A DNA stretch of 64,000 nucleotides from Camelus dromedarius (Eukaryota): contig NC_087438.1 in assembly GCF_036321535.1 (NCBI RefSeq), positions 6,078,001 to 6,142,000 of the forward strand, read 5' to 3'. Shown piece by piece: positions 52,103-62,817 of this stretch (position 1 is its first letter; every line of letters starts with the position of its first letter). Below the pieces are notes generated by a model. That model had not been told where the DNA came from. It worked only from the letters and a program-made list of their open reading frames with translations, and made no database searches. The translations under genes were made by a program, and so were the position numbers.

Positions 52103-53202
52103 AATTACTTATGGCCAAAGGTCCCCAACAAGCCCTAATGAGACATGTACACTTGCATTTCAGTTTGGATATCATATTTCAAACAATACAATTTCTTGAA
52201 TTTAATATTAGAAGAATATCTAAAGTATTAAATACATAATCTATTCCAAACAAGGCTATGTCAAGGGTAAAACAGTTATGGAATGTAACAATGTTTTCTT
52301 AGTATTTTGAACCAACCAGAGAAAGGAAGAAATGCCACTCGTCCATTCATTCCTCTGCACCTATTTGTTTAACACTTACCAGCACCTTCCACGAGTCAGA
52401 ACTTCTCCTTTGTCTCTGCAGGAGAGGGATTAGAGCTCTGTAGACGGGGATGAGTGACAACAAAATCGGCGGCAGCAGCAACAACACTGGTTTCAGCCTC
52501 TGAGGAGCTCAGACGCAAGTGCAGGAGAAGAGTATAAACAAGTCATTCCTGGCTCCAGCCAGGTTCTGCCTCCATCTACACCGGTGCCAGCTGGGGAGGG
52601 AAGGACCCCGCCGTCATTTCTCATTAAAAACAAAAGATGTGATTTTTTAAATAAATATTTATTATCTCCAGTGTGTTTACTCTTACTGCAATGCACTTTT
52701 ATGCATCTTCTGTTTGACTTTCTTAAGCTTGTCCTGTAAGCCTTGCATTCGCACAGCTGTTGGGGACAGACATCCATGTTCTTGTGTTAATTTGATTTAT
52801 CGTGCAGGAGATAAATGTGTGCCCTGCCAAAAGCACCAACCAGAACAGCAGCGCAACAAGACCTATTTTAAAACTGACTACGTTATGTATTGCTTTTTTC
52901 CAATTCACTGAATAGTTCCCAGAGCAGAAATGCATTTAAATTTGATATTGCATAGACTTATCTGTGTACCGCCAAACACAATACTTCATTTAATTTAAAA
53001 GCCAATGCAATCTGAGCTGTTCCCCACATCTTTTATGAAACGTTACAGCATGGCGTATACCTTGAGGAATCACAGATTGTGAGTGATGTCGGGCGGGTCA
53101 CCTCGGCAGCTGGGATGTCGCTGGAGAGCCAGACAGACCTCCATGAGTCACAGCTCTGACCATAATTCGAAAGGGACACAAAGACTTTTTGGAAATCAAT
53201 TG

Positions 53203-53731
53203 TGTGAGAGACCGAATACACAAATGGACAATGTCAGACCTCATATGAAAACAGAACTCTGACCCATGGTCTGCGGCAACCAGCCCATTATCTATGGAAC
53301 CAGCCTTGGAAGCCAGCCTGCTCGCTGTGTCAGACACATAGGAAGTCAGGTCACTATCTCCAGTGACTCATCTTAGAAGCCAGCCAGTAACCCCTGTAAC
53401 AACTGGCCAGAAAGAGCTAGGACTCAGTTAATAACTGACAGCCTCCTTATTTTTTGTCCCCACTTTTAATTTAGGACCAAACAGAGAAAACAGCTCTAAA
53501 CAATCACACAGGACGCCCCACTCCTAATTAGCCTGCTTCCAGATTCCCCACGTCAACAGCCTCCAATCAGCACACACCCGAAACTGCCCCTTTTTCCCGA
53601 TAAAGAATTCCCCACTCCTCTGTCTGCTCTTGAGTCTCTGCCAGAATGCAAGTGATGGTGGCTGACTCCCTTGCTGTACAAGCTCTGAGTAAGTAGCTTT
53701 TGCTTTTCTCATTTGGTTGTTTATTTTCACA
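53203..53731 (+). mobile_element. ERV1-class solo LTR (MER89/MER90-like)
   Basis: TG..CA ends; AACTCTGACCCA..GCAACCAGCCCATTATCTA..GAAGCCAGCCTGCT..AATAACTGACAGC..TTAGGACCAA..TGAGTCTCTGCCA..GCAAGTGATGGTGGCTGACTCCCTTGCT. Confidence 0.8.
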
Positions 53732-54571
53732 CACGATTTCTCTCTCGTGTCTTTCCACATGTATTCAGTTGTCTAGATGCAGAATTCATTGCTGCATTAA
53801 ACAATGCATTTAGGTTTTTAAAACCAGATTAATTATGAGGGATTCAATAAGCCACGTCTGAGAGAGGTCCTGAAACTGTTTATCATAGCGTCTTGCCTCT
53901 AAACCTGAATACATCTGATAAACCCAATAAAAGTATTAAGAGAAACTCCCTACTGGGGTCTATGCCATTTGGGCCAAACAGAAATATAGGTTCTTACGGG
54001 GACAAAAGCTAAAGAGCTGAAATTAGAATGTACCTGGAGAACAACCCTGCCACGTAAAAGATGATCCATAACAACTATGACACTCAGGGAGAGGGTCAGC
54101 AGGACACCAGGACGGGTTTGGAAGCCTCATTAGACTGGGTCAGTTACAACAGGAGACAGTCCACACATAGCCGAGATTAAAGAAAAATTTCACAGTCTAC
54201 ATCACAATTTAAAGGGATCTGTGGTTGGCAGGAAAAAGCGGCATATTTTGTGATGCTTAAAATAGAGTACACAGACTAGCATGTTGAACGTAGACAGAAA
54301 AAAATACCTTAATTCTTAAAATAATAAAATATTTAAAATGTACGACTTGGGGTGGTCATTAGACTGGATGATTTCTTATATGTCTCTGAGATTTTATGAT
54401 TCTACACAACTATAATTATTATACTGAGATTATAAAGCAGCCAGATATTTGCATTGCAAATCTCCTGACTAGTGTACTTCCACTGAGCAAACCCAGACAG
54501 TGTTTTGAATTCAAGGAGGAAGTTTGTCTCACAACAGGAGGAAGAGCTTGCATTATAAGAAGAATTAATTA

Positions 54572-54735
54572 GTTTTATCCTAGACAAAATCCTGGAACAG
54601 AAAAAGGAGAATAGGGAAAAACTAAGAAAATCCAAATAAAGTATAAAGTTTAGTTAATAAAAATGTAGCAATATTGGCTCATTGGTTGTGACAAATACAC
54701 CATAGAGCATAAGATGTTAACAACAGGGGAAAGTG
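54572..54735 (+). mobile_element. Old L1MC/MD 3' UTR, left piece (host of the nest)
   Basis: ATCCTGGAACAGAAAAAGGA..AAAAACTAAGAAAATCCAAATAAAGTA..TTGTGACAAATACACCA..TAAGATGTTAACAACAGGGGAAA. Confidence 0.8.
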
Positions 54736-55213
54736 AAGGGAGGTCAAGATAGCAGAACAGGATACTGAGCTCACCTGCCCCCAGGAACACAGCAAAAATA
54801 CACCTATGTGGGGAGCAACTCTCCCTGAAAACCACCTGCAGCCTGGGAGAAAGGGTCCTTTACAACCAAGACTAAAACTAAAAGAGCCCATCAATTGGAA
54901 AATGACCTTACCAGAAGTATTAAAGTGTTTTCGTTAAGTGGAAAAGAAAATATTACAACAAGAAGTAGGAATTTATAGGAAAGAAAAAAATGTCCCTAGT
55001 CAAGGCAAATATAAAGGATGTGGATCAACCACCAGAAGAAGCTAGTGCAAAGAGTAAAAGAAAAAATTATAAAAGTCAACTAAAATTACAATAAACAGTT
55101 AACGGATAGACATGAAGATGTAAAACACAACATCAAAAACACAAAAGGTGGGGGAGGGGAGTAAAAAATGTAGATCTTTAGAACATGTTTAAATTTAAAT
55201 GACTATTAGTTTA

Positions 55214-56008
55214 TACAATCACACCTGTCAGAAGGGCCATCATTCCAAAGTCCACAAATGATAAATGCTGGAGAGGGTGTGGAGAAAAGGGAATCCTCCT
55301 ACACTGCTGGTGGGAATGCTGGTTGGTGCAACCACTGTGGAAAACAGAATGGAGATTCCTCAAAAGACTAAAAATAGACTTACCATATGATCCAACAATC
55401 CCACTCCTGGGCATATGTCCAGAGGGAAATTTAATGCAAAAAAACACATGCACCCAATGTTCACAGCAGCACTATTTACAACAGCCAAGACATGGAAACA
55501 ACCTAAATGTCCATCGACAGATGACTGGATAATGAAGTTGTGATATATTTATACAATGGAATACTATTCTGCCATAAAAATAATAAAATATTGCCATTTG
55601 CAGAAACATGGATGGACCTGGAGAATGTCATTCTAAGTGAAATAAGACAGAAGGAGAAAGAAAACTATCATATGATATTACTCATATGTGGAATCTAAAA
55701 AAAAAGACAAATGAGCATATATATAAAACAGAAACAGACTCACAGACATAGAAAACAAACATGGTTACCAGGCGGGAAGGGGGTTGGAAGCGGTAAATTG
55801 GGAGTTTGAGATTTGCAGATACTGACTAGTATATATAAAATAGATAAACAAGTTTATACTGTAGAGCACAGGGAACTGTATTTGATATCTTGTAGTAGCT
55901 TATGGTGAAAAAGAACATGAAAATGGAAAATGAATGTATGTATATTCATGTATGACTGAAGCAACGTGTTGTACACCAGAAATTGACAATATTGTAAACT
56001 GACCATAC

Positions 56009-56062
<54 letters not shown>
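55214..56062 (+). mobile_element. Young 5'-truncated L1 with (TAAA)n tail and 17-bp TSD
   Basis: ORF2 end [50 protein letters not shown] (55197-55213) and AAATGACTATCAGTTTA (56063-56079). Confidence 0.93.
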
Positions 56063-56064
<2 letters not shown>

Positions 56065-56065
56065 A
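56010..56065. repeat. (TAAA)14 tetranucleotide microsatellite
   Basis: Directly visible; derived from the L1 tail. Confidence 0.95.
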
Positions 56066-56584
56066 TGACTATCAGTTTAAAATAAATAGATGGAGTTACA
56101 GGTCAACATATATGAACCCCATGGTAACCACAAATCAAAACCTACAAAATATACATAAAAACTAGAGAGAAAGGAACACAAGTATAACACTAAAGAAAAT
56201 CAACAAAGCACAAGGCAAGAGACTAAGAGAAAAACAGAGAGAACTAAAGAAAAACAACAAAAAAGCAAGTAACAAAATGGCAATGTGGTAAGTACACCAG
56301 ATCAGTAATCACTTTAAGTGTCAATAAAGTAAATAATCAAAATCTAAAGACATAGGGTGGCTGATTAGATTTTAAAAACTAGAGACACCCACATGCACCC
56401 CAATTTTCATAGCAGTGTTATTGACAATAACCAAGATATGAAAGCAACTTAAGTGTTCATCAACAGATGAATTGATATCAAAGATGTGAGACACATATGC
56501 CCATAAAATGAAATATTACTCAGTCATAAAGTGGATGATAAAATTCTGTCACTTGCAACAACATGGATGGACCTGAAGAGTATT

Positions 56585-57411
56585 TTTTAAATAAATAATT
56601 TGTATAATTTTATTTTGAACTCCTTAGTTAAATATTTTGACTATATAGTGTCTCATCTATAAAAAATTAAATTTACAGCAAATATTGAGGAAAATACTCC
56701 CTTATTTTGGGGAAAATCCTAATTTTGTGAGTTAATCATTACATGATTTTCGTTTTGTTTTGTTTTACTTACTTTTTTTCATGTATTTGGGTTTTTTGTT
56801 TTGTTTTTTATTGAAGTACAGTCATTTACAATGTGTAAGTTTTTGGTGTACAGCACAATGTCCCAATCATGCATATACATACATATATTCATTTCATATC
56901 CTTTTTCATTAAAGGTTATTACAAGATATTAAATATAGTTCCCTGTGCTATGCAGAAGAAATTTGTTATTTTAATCTATTTTATATATAGTGGCTGACAT
57001 TTGCAAATCTCAAACTCCCAAATTTATCCCTTCCCACCCACCTTGCCCCCCATAACCATAAGATTGTGTACTATGTCTACAAGTCTGTTTCTGTAGATGC
57101 ATTAATTAGTGTCATCTTTTTTTCTTGTTTTTTAGGTTCCACATATAAGTGACATCATATGGTTTTTTTCTTTCTCTTTCTGGCTTATTTCACTTAGAAT
57201 GATGATCATCCATGTTGCTGCAAATAGCATTATTTTCTTCTTTTTTATGGCTGAGTAATTCTATTGTATAAACATACCACAGCTTCCTTATCCAGTTATC
57301 TGTCAATGGACATTTAGGTTGTTTCTATGTCTTGGCTGTTGTATAGAGCACTGCTATGAACATTGGGGTGCATGTATCTTTTTGAATTAGAGTTCCCTCT
57401 GAATATATGCC
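56585..57411 (-). mobile_element. Young 5'-truncated L1 with extra 3' non-L1 segment
   Basis: L1 body about 56810-57411 (TTTATTGAAGTACAGTCA..TGCAAATCTCAAACTCCCAA..GGACATTTAGGTTGTTTC); TSD CCTGAAGAGTATT (56572-56584) and CTTGGAGAGTATT (57412-57424). Confidence 0.88.
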
Positions 57412-57795
57412 CTTGGAGAGTATTATGTTTAGAGAAATAAGCCAGACAGAGGCAAATACTGTATACTATCACTTATATGTAGAACCCCAAAATAAAATAA
57501 ATGAATAAATAAAACCATACAGAAACAGACTCACAGATATAAGGAACAAACTAGTGGTTACTAGTCAGGAGAAGGATGTGGGGAGGGCAAACTAGGAACA
57601 GGAGATTAAAACGTACAAACTATTGAGTATAAAATAAATGAGATACAAGGCTATATTGTACAGCACAGGGAACATAGCCATTATTTTATAATAACTTTAA
57701 ATGAAATATAAACTATAAAAATATTGAATCACTATGTTGTACTTGAAACTAACAAATACTGTAAGTCAACCATACTCTAATAAAGAAAAAGAAAA

Positions 57796-57900
57796 CAATA
57801 GAAGGAAGAATGGAAAGTATATGGGATCTCCCCAAACTACTTTTGCAACTTTTTTTGAAATCTAAAACTATCGTAAAACTAAATATTTATTTTTAAAAAT
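57796..57900 (+). mobile_element. Old L1MC/MD 3' UTR, right piece
   Basis: GTATATGGGATCTC..TTTGCAACTTTTTTTGAAATCTAAAACTAT continues 54572-54735. Confidence 0.75.
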
Positions 57901-58717
57901 TAATGTTCCTTAAAAAGTCAAAGAATTGAAAGTACATAGTTTTTTTTAAGTTTTCTCTTTCATTAGGGTTATTCAGGTAAGAACATTGTCAAAGGTATAA
58001 TATATCTGATCACATTCAATTCTAACCTGAATCTGTGAGGTAGGAAATACAGATGAAGTGTGCATAGTTCATGCTATACAAATAATTCACAATAATCAAT
58101 ATATTTAAGAAAGTTTGGGAATCAGTCACTATCATAGTTTCAATCCAAATCATTTTTATTTAATAGTTTTCCCAGTATTCAAGATTACTGTTAAAGCATG
58201 GGAGTAGAAATCTTAATTATGAAATGTATAAAACATTTTAAATTGAGCAGTTCCTTTTATGAGATTTCACTTATGAATTTGGATTTCCTTTCTAAGTAGC
58301 TTGGGAATTTCAAGTTTTAGTCACTACGCTAAATAGACTGTTACTACCAAAGACTCTAGATAATAGCACATCACCTAATAAATTGCCACTAAGAATAGTC
58401 AATTATCAGGAGTGATGACAAAGTGAAGCGTATCTGCAGGCTCCACCAGCGTTAAACACCATGTCCTACTCAGCAGGACACTGCTTGAGCAATTAGGTAT
58501 CCATCATAAATTAAGCCTAATTAAAAGTTAAACATGAGAAACAAAGGGAAAAAAAGGCAAACAAAAATATTTGTAAGCAACTCAAGTGATCAACTCTAGA
58601 TTTCCTTAGGAATCCATCATAGAGATGTTTTAATGCACAAAAGTTAAATTATAGGAAAAAATTAAAGAAAGATAACTTACTTTTGCATTTTGATGTACAT
58701 ATGCTGGAGCTTTTAAA

Positions 58718-59715
58718 AAGTTTTATTGAGGTGCAATTGACATAAAATTAACTGTGTATAGAATCTGTAAAATATGTGCATAAGTATAAAACTATCACCA
58801 CAAACCAGATAGCGAATATATTCATCAACTCCATAAGAGTCCCTGTGCCCTTCTGCAATTCCTTCTTCTCTTCAGGGCCCCCAACCCCAGGCAAACACTG
58901 ATCTACTTTCTGAATTTTCTAGAATTATATATAATTGATAGATAAATATACACAGAGAGATAATGCACTTCTTTCATCCAGTATGTTTTGTAATGTACTG
59001 GTGTTGTGTGTATCTATGCAATAATTCATCCTTTTTGATTGCTGAGTAATATTCCAAAAATTTTAAGGTATGGTATGGATATATTAAAGTTCATTTACCC
59101 ATTCACCTGTTTATAGACATATCAATTGTTTCCAGTTTTGAGTTGTTGAAAGTAAACCTACTGTGAGCACTGGTGTAAGAGTCTCTGAATGGACCTAAGG
59201 TTTCATTTATGTTGCCTAATATTTAGAAATGAAATAGCTTTAGGTCATATGATAAGTAAATGTTTAACATTGAAGACATATCCAAACTGTTTTCTAAATG
59301 TTTGTACCATTCTGTGTGCTCCTCAGGAGTGTATGAGAGCTTTGGTTACTCTGCATCACCAACAGGACAGTTTGTGGGCTAACTAAACTTTAGCCACTCT
59401 AACTGGTGTGTAATCTATCTCATTATGGTTTTAATTTGCATTTCCCTAATTACTGATGAGGTTGAGAATTTTTCAAGTGCATATTTGCCATCCATATATC
59501 TTCCTTGGTGAAGTGTCTTTTTTTATATTTTGCCCATTTTATTATTAGATTGTTTGTTTCCTTATTCTTAAATGTTCAGTGTCCTTTATATATTCTGGAT
59601 ACAAGCACTGTTTAAAATATGTAATTTTTTTCCAATCTTCTGTGCTGTCTGTTTGCATTCTTTTAATATTGCCTTTCAAAACCTAGAAGTTCTTAATTTG
59701 GATGAGGTAATATGC
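58718..59715 (-). mobile_element. L1MB/ME-type 3' UTR and ORF2 end
   Basis: TTTTATTGAGGTGCAATTGACATA..CCCCAGGCAAACACTGATCTACTTTCT..CCATTCACCTGTT..TTTTAATTTGCATTTCCCTAAT..TGGTGAAGTGTCT. Confidence 0.85.
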
Positions 59716-59849
59716 ATCCTTTTATATTTTATAGATACACATGTAATTATTTTACATATAAATCACTTATTCTATGTGTTGTTTACTTGTTTCAATTTGC
59801 CTGGCATACTCTTCATTCTCCAGAAATCAGTAAGATCCAAACCTTTAAA

Positions 59850-60450
59850 AGACTTATCCTTCCCCCTCAAGGAAGTGAATATATCTTTCCATGCCTTACG
59901 TGTGGGCTGCATACAGCAACTACCTTCTAAAATGAACAATATTGAAAGGAGAAAAAAAGAGTAACTTCACAGTGAAGAAAACCAACAAATACTACCTCAG
60001 CCAACTGATCAAAGTTAACATCAATAGTGACTAGTCATTTGATAGTATGTGCCTTTGATGTGATGTAATGAAAATGGCACTTTATCTCTGTGGTCTTCCT
60101 CCCAATACAAAAAAAATCCCAGGGTGATTATGAGAAAAACATCAGACATAATGCAATGCATGAGAATCCTACAATATGAGGGACCAGAACTCCTCAACAC
60201 AAGGAAAGTCTGAGTAACATGATAGCCTCCATGTATCCCAGAACAACAACAACAACAAAAAAAGGGCATTATGTAAAAATTCAGAAAATCCAAATAAAGT
60301 ATAGAGGTGTAATAATGTGTCAACATCAGTTCATAAATTGTAACAAATATACGTACTAATGCGAGATGTTTATAAGAGGAGAAATGGTGTGAGATACATA
60401 GGTCTGTGCGCATTCCTTAAATCTAAAAAGTTTCCATTTTCAAAAGCATA
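59850..60450 (+). mobile_element. L1MD/MC-type 3' UTR
   Basis: AGTAACTTCACAGTGAAGAAA..TACCTCAGCCA..GATCAAAGTTAACATCAATAGTGA..AATGGCACTTTATCTCTGTGGTCTTCCTCCC..ATGAGAAAAACATCAGACA. Confidence 0.85.
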
Positions 60451-61039
60451 TTTTTAAAAATTGTCTAAAGACTTAGATGTATGTAATACCTTTAAACTCT
60501 TCTCTGGATGTAGATATTATTGAATTGGAGAGTCATTTTCCGTATTTCTGGTAATATAAATTGACCACCAACTGCCATAAAGCTGCTGATTATATACTTA
60601 TAAGATATAAAATGTTCCTTTTACTGTTCCTTTGGTTCAAATGAGTTATTATTGTGAGAAGTCACTGCCTCTGATTTACAAAAGTAGACAAATATTTCAC
60701 ACCAAAGGCTTCCTTGGCTTATAGAATTTTCTTTGCTTGAGTGGTTTCTGAGGATGAAATTCAAGCTGGACCAGATATTATAGTGAAATCTTAGTGAATT
60801 TTGAGGAGTTTTGAAGGATTGAAAATGATTAGTGAAACAGAAGAAAACCCTCACTCCTTTCCATAGATAATGCTGTAAAAATCTAACCAACTGAAATATA
60901 TTAAATACCTTTAGTTACATTTAATATTTTGATAGTTCTGTGTTCACTATATGAACATCATGTGAGGAATTAATTACACCATTGCTATAAATTGTTACTA
61001 TATTGCTATAAAGTGTTAATAACAGTAACAAATAGTGCC

Positions 61040-61180
61040 AGGTGGTATGTCAGATCCTGGTCTCCACCTTACTTACTGGCTGTGTGATTTTAGGTAAACC
61101 ATTTACTCTGGGGTGTTCATTTCTTTCCTTCTGTAAAGGAGGGATAATGAAGTTCCCACTTCACAGGATTATGAACTATT
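61040..61180 (+). mobile_element. MIR SINE
   Basis: ATCCTGGTCTCCAC..CTTACTGGCTGTGTGATTTTAGGTAA..TCTGTAAAGGAGGGATAATG..CACTTCACAGGATT. Confidence 0.75.
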
Positions 61181-61199
61181 GCTATTTTTGTCACCTTTT

Positions 61200-61945
61200 A
61201 CCTATAAACATGTCTTAAAATCTACTTTACAGTGTTGTTCTTTCAAAAGTCAATTTTCTTTTAAATTAAATAAGGAAGAAAGAACACACTGTCTCCTGCA
61301 GTTAATCATCCATTTATCATTGACGGTGTACACCTTTCCTACACTTAGAGCCAAGTTGCCCACTGTTCCCATGCCCTTCAGCCTGAAGGACAGTCCTCAC
61401 TTAGAACTTCCTGTGGTGCAAATTGTCTCAGCTTCTGTTAACATGATTTCTGTATCTTGATTTCTTCCTCATTTTTGGAGGATTTTTTGGCTGATAAAAT
61501 TTTATTGTTAACATCTAGTACATGTAATATTTCTGTTATCTTCTGTGAAATCAACATTCTTCTCCTTGCATAACCTGTACATAATGTGTCTCTTCTTTTT
61601 TTTCTGGCTGTCTTCAAGGTCCTTTTTTCTTTTTTTTTCCAATTTGGTTTATAGAATCTTGACTATTTTATGCCTAGTATGAGTCTTTTAATACTTATTT
61701 TGCTTGCATCTCACTGAGACCCTTGCATCTCACTGAGACCCTTGCATACACAAGTAAGTTTCTTCATCAAATTTTGAAAAGTTTTGGCTATTATCTTTTC
61801 ACATATTTTTCTGTTCCAATTTTAAACTTTTTTCCTTCTGAGGAACAATTACATGTATGCTAGATCATTTGATATTATCTACAGTTCCCAGAAGATTCTT
61901 TTTCAAACTAGTTCTCTCTGTTCTTCAGATTGGCTAAATTCAATA
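61200..61945 (-). mobile_element. Old L1 ORF1-region fragment
   Basis: TTTTCTGGCTGTCTTCAAG..TTCATCAAATTTTGAAAAGTTTTGGCTATTAT..CAATTACATGTATGCTAGATCATTTGATATT..TCTCTGTTCTTCAGATTGG. Confidence 0.7.
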
Positions 61946-62325
61946 TTTATATTTAAATACTGTAGATATTTACTACTTTATATATTTTATATATAAACAT
62001 TATAATAAATGCTTAATATGCAAAATGATATATAATATAATAATTAACCCATGCATTATATATTATTGTTATTTATAGTATAAATATTATAAGTAGATAC
62101 ATATACTATAAATATAATAAAAATATTTATAATGATATTTATAAATATATAAATAATTATATGTAACATCTAAAATATAAACATTTAATTTATATTTTAA
62201 TTATATAAAATGTATAATTATTTTATATAAAATATATAAGTATAATCTTATATATGTTTAATATTTTATACATAGTTCATGTATAAATATCTATATTTAA
62301 TATTTATATTCATACCTATATAAAT
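61945..62325. repeat. AT-rich low-complexity tract (degenerate TA/TATAA)
   Basis: About 380 bp consisting almost only of A and T. Confidence 0.9.
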
Positions 62326-62451
62326 ACAGATATTGCTAGGTGACAATATGTATGCATTATATTTCTGCAATACTGTTTTTGCTTTAAATAAGTTAATTTT
62401 TTATGTCTAAGAGTCTTAGCTCTTCTATTTATCTTTTTGTAGATTAAAATT

Positions 62452-62817
62452 ATGTAGCAATTATCACTGTCCTTCCTCAGTAGAGCTGTGTTTCTCTGAT
62501 ACCCTGAACTCACACACAGCAATGCAACTTGCTTTGGTCAATGAAATGTGAGTGAGAGTGACCTGTGACACTTCCAGGCATTGCTGTAAGAGCCAGTGTG
62601 CCCTTTATCTGATGGTCTCCTTTCCCTCTGCCTTGATGTCCACCAGTGTTTCAGAAAAGCTGAGGTCTCACCAGGCTGAGTTTGACATGAAAATCACAAT
62701 CATTCAAAGCAAAGATCTGTAAAGAACTGAGTGAAGAGTCAATATTTGTTGTTTTAATCAATGAGATGTGGGTGTCACTTGTTACTGTAGCAAAGTTAAT
62801 TTAGTCTCCTGACACCA
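62452..62817 (+). mobile_element. MaLR LTR (MLT1I/J-like)
   Basis: ACTTGCTTTGGTCAATGAAATGTGAGTG..GTGACCTGTGACACTTCCAGGC..TAAGAGCCAGTGTG..TTTGTTGTTTTAA..TGAGAT..TTGTTACTGTAGCA. Confidence 0.8.

Larger units (their letters stand above)
54736..57795 (+). mobile_element. Internally deleted L1, itself interrupted by two younger L1s
   Basis: 5' UTR start GGAGGTCAAGATAGCAGA..TGAGCTCACC; ORF1 end and inter-ORF region 54895-55196 and 56080-56290; ORF2 start SVITLSVN..RHRVAD fused near 56390 to ORF2 end; 3' UTR 57425-57795. Confidence 0.75.

Noticed and set aside
61703..61747. 19-bp tandem duplication CTTGCATCTCACTGAGACC x2 plus partial copy
   Set aside because: Simple slippage duplication within an old L1; no spacers, so not CRISPR-like.
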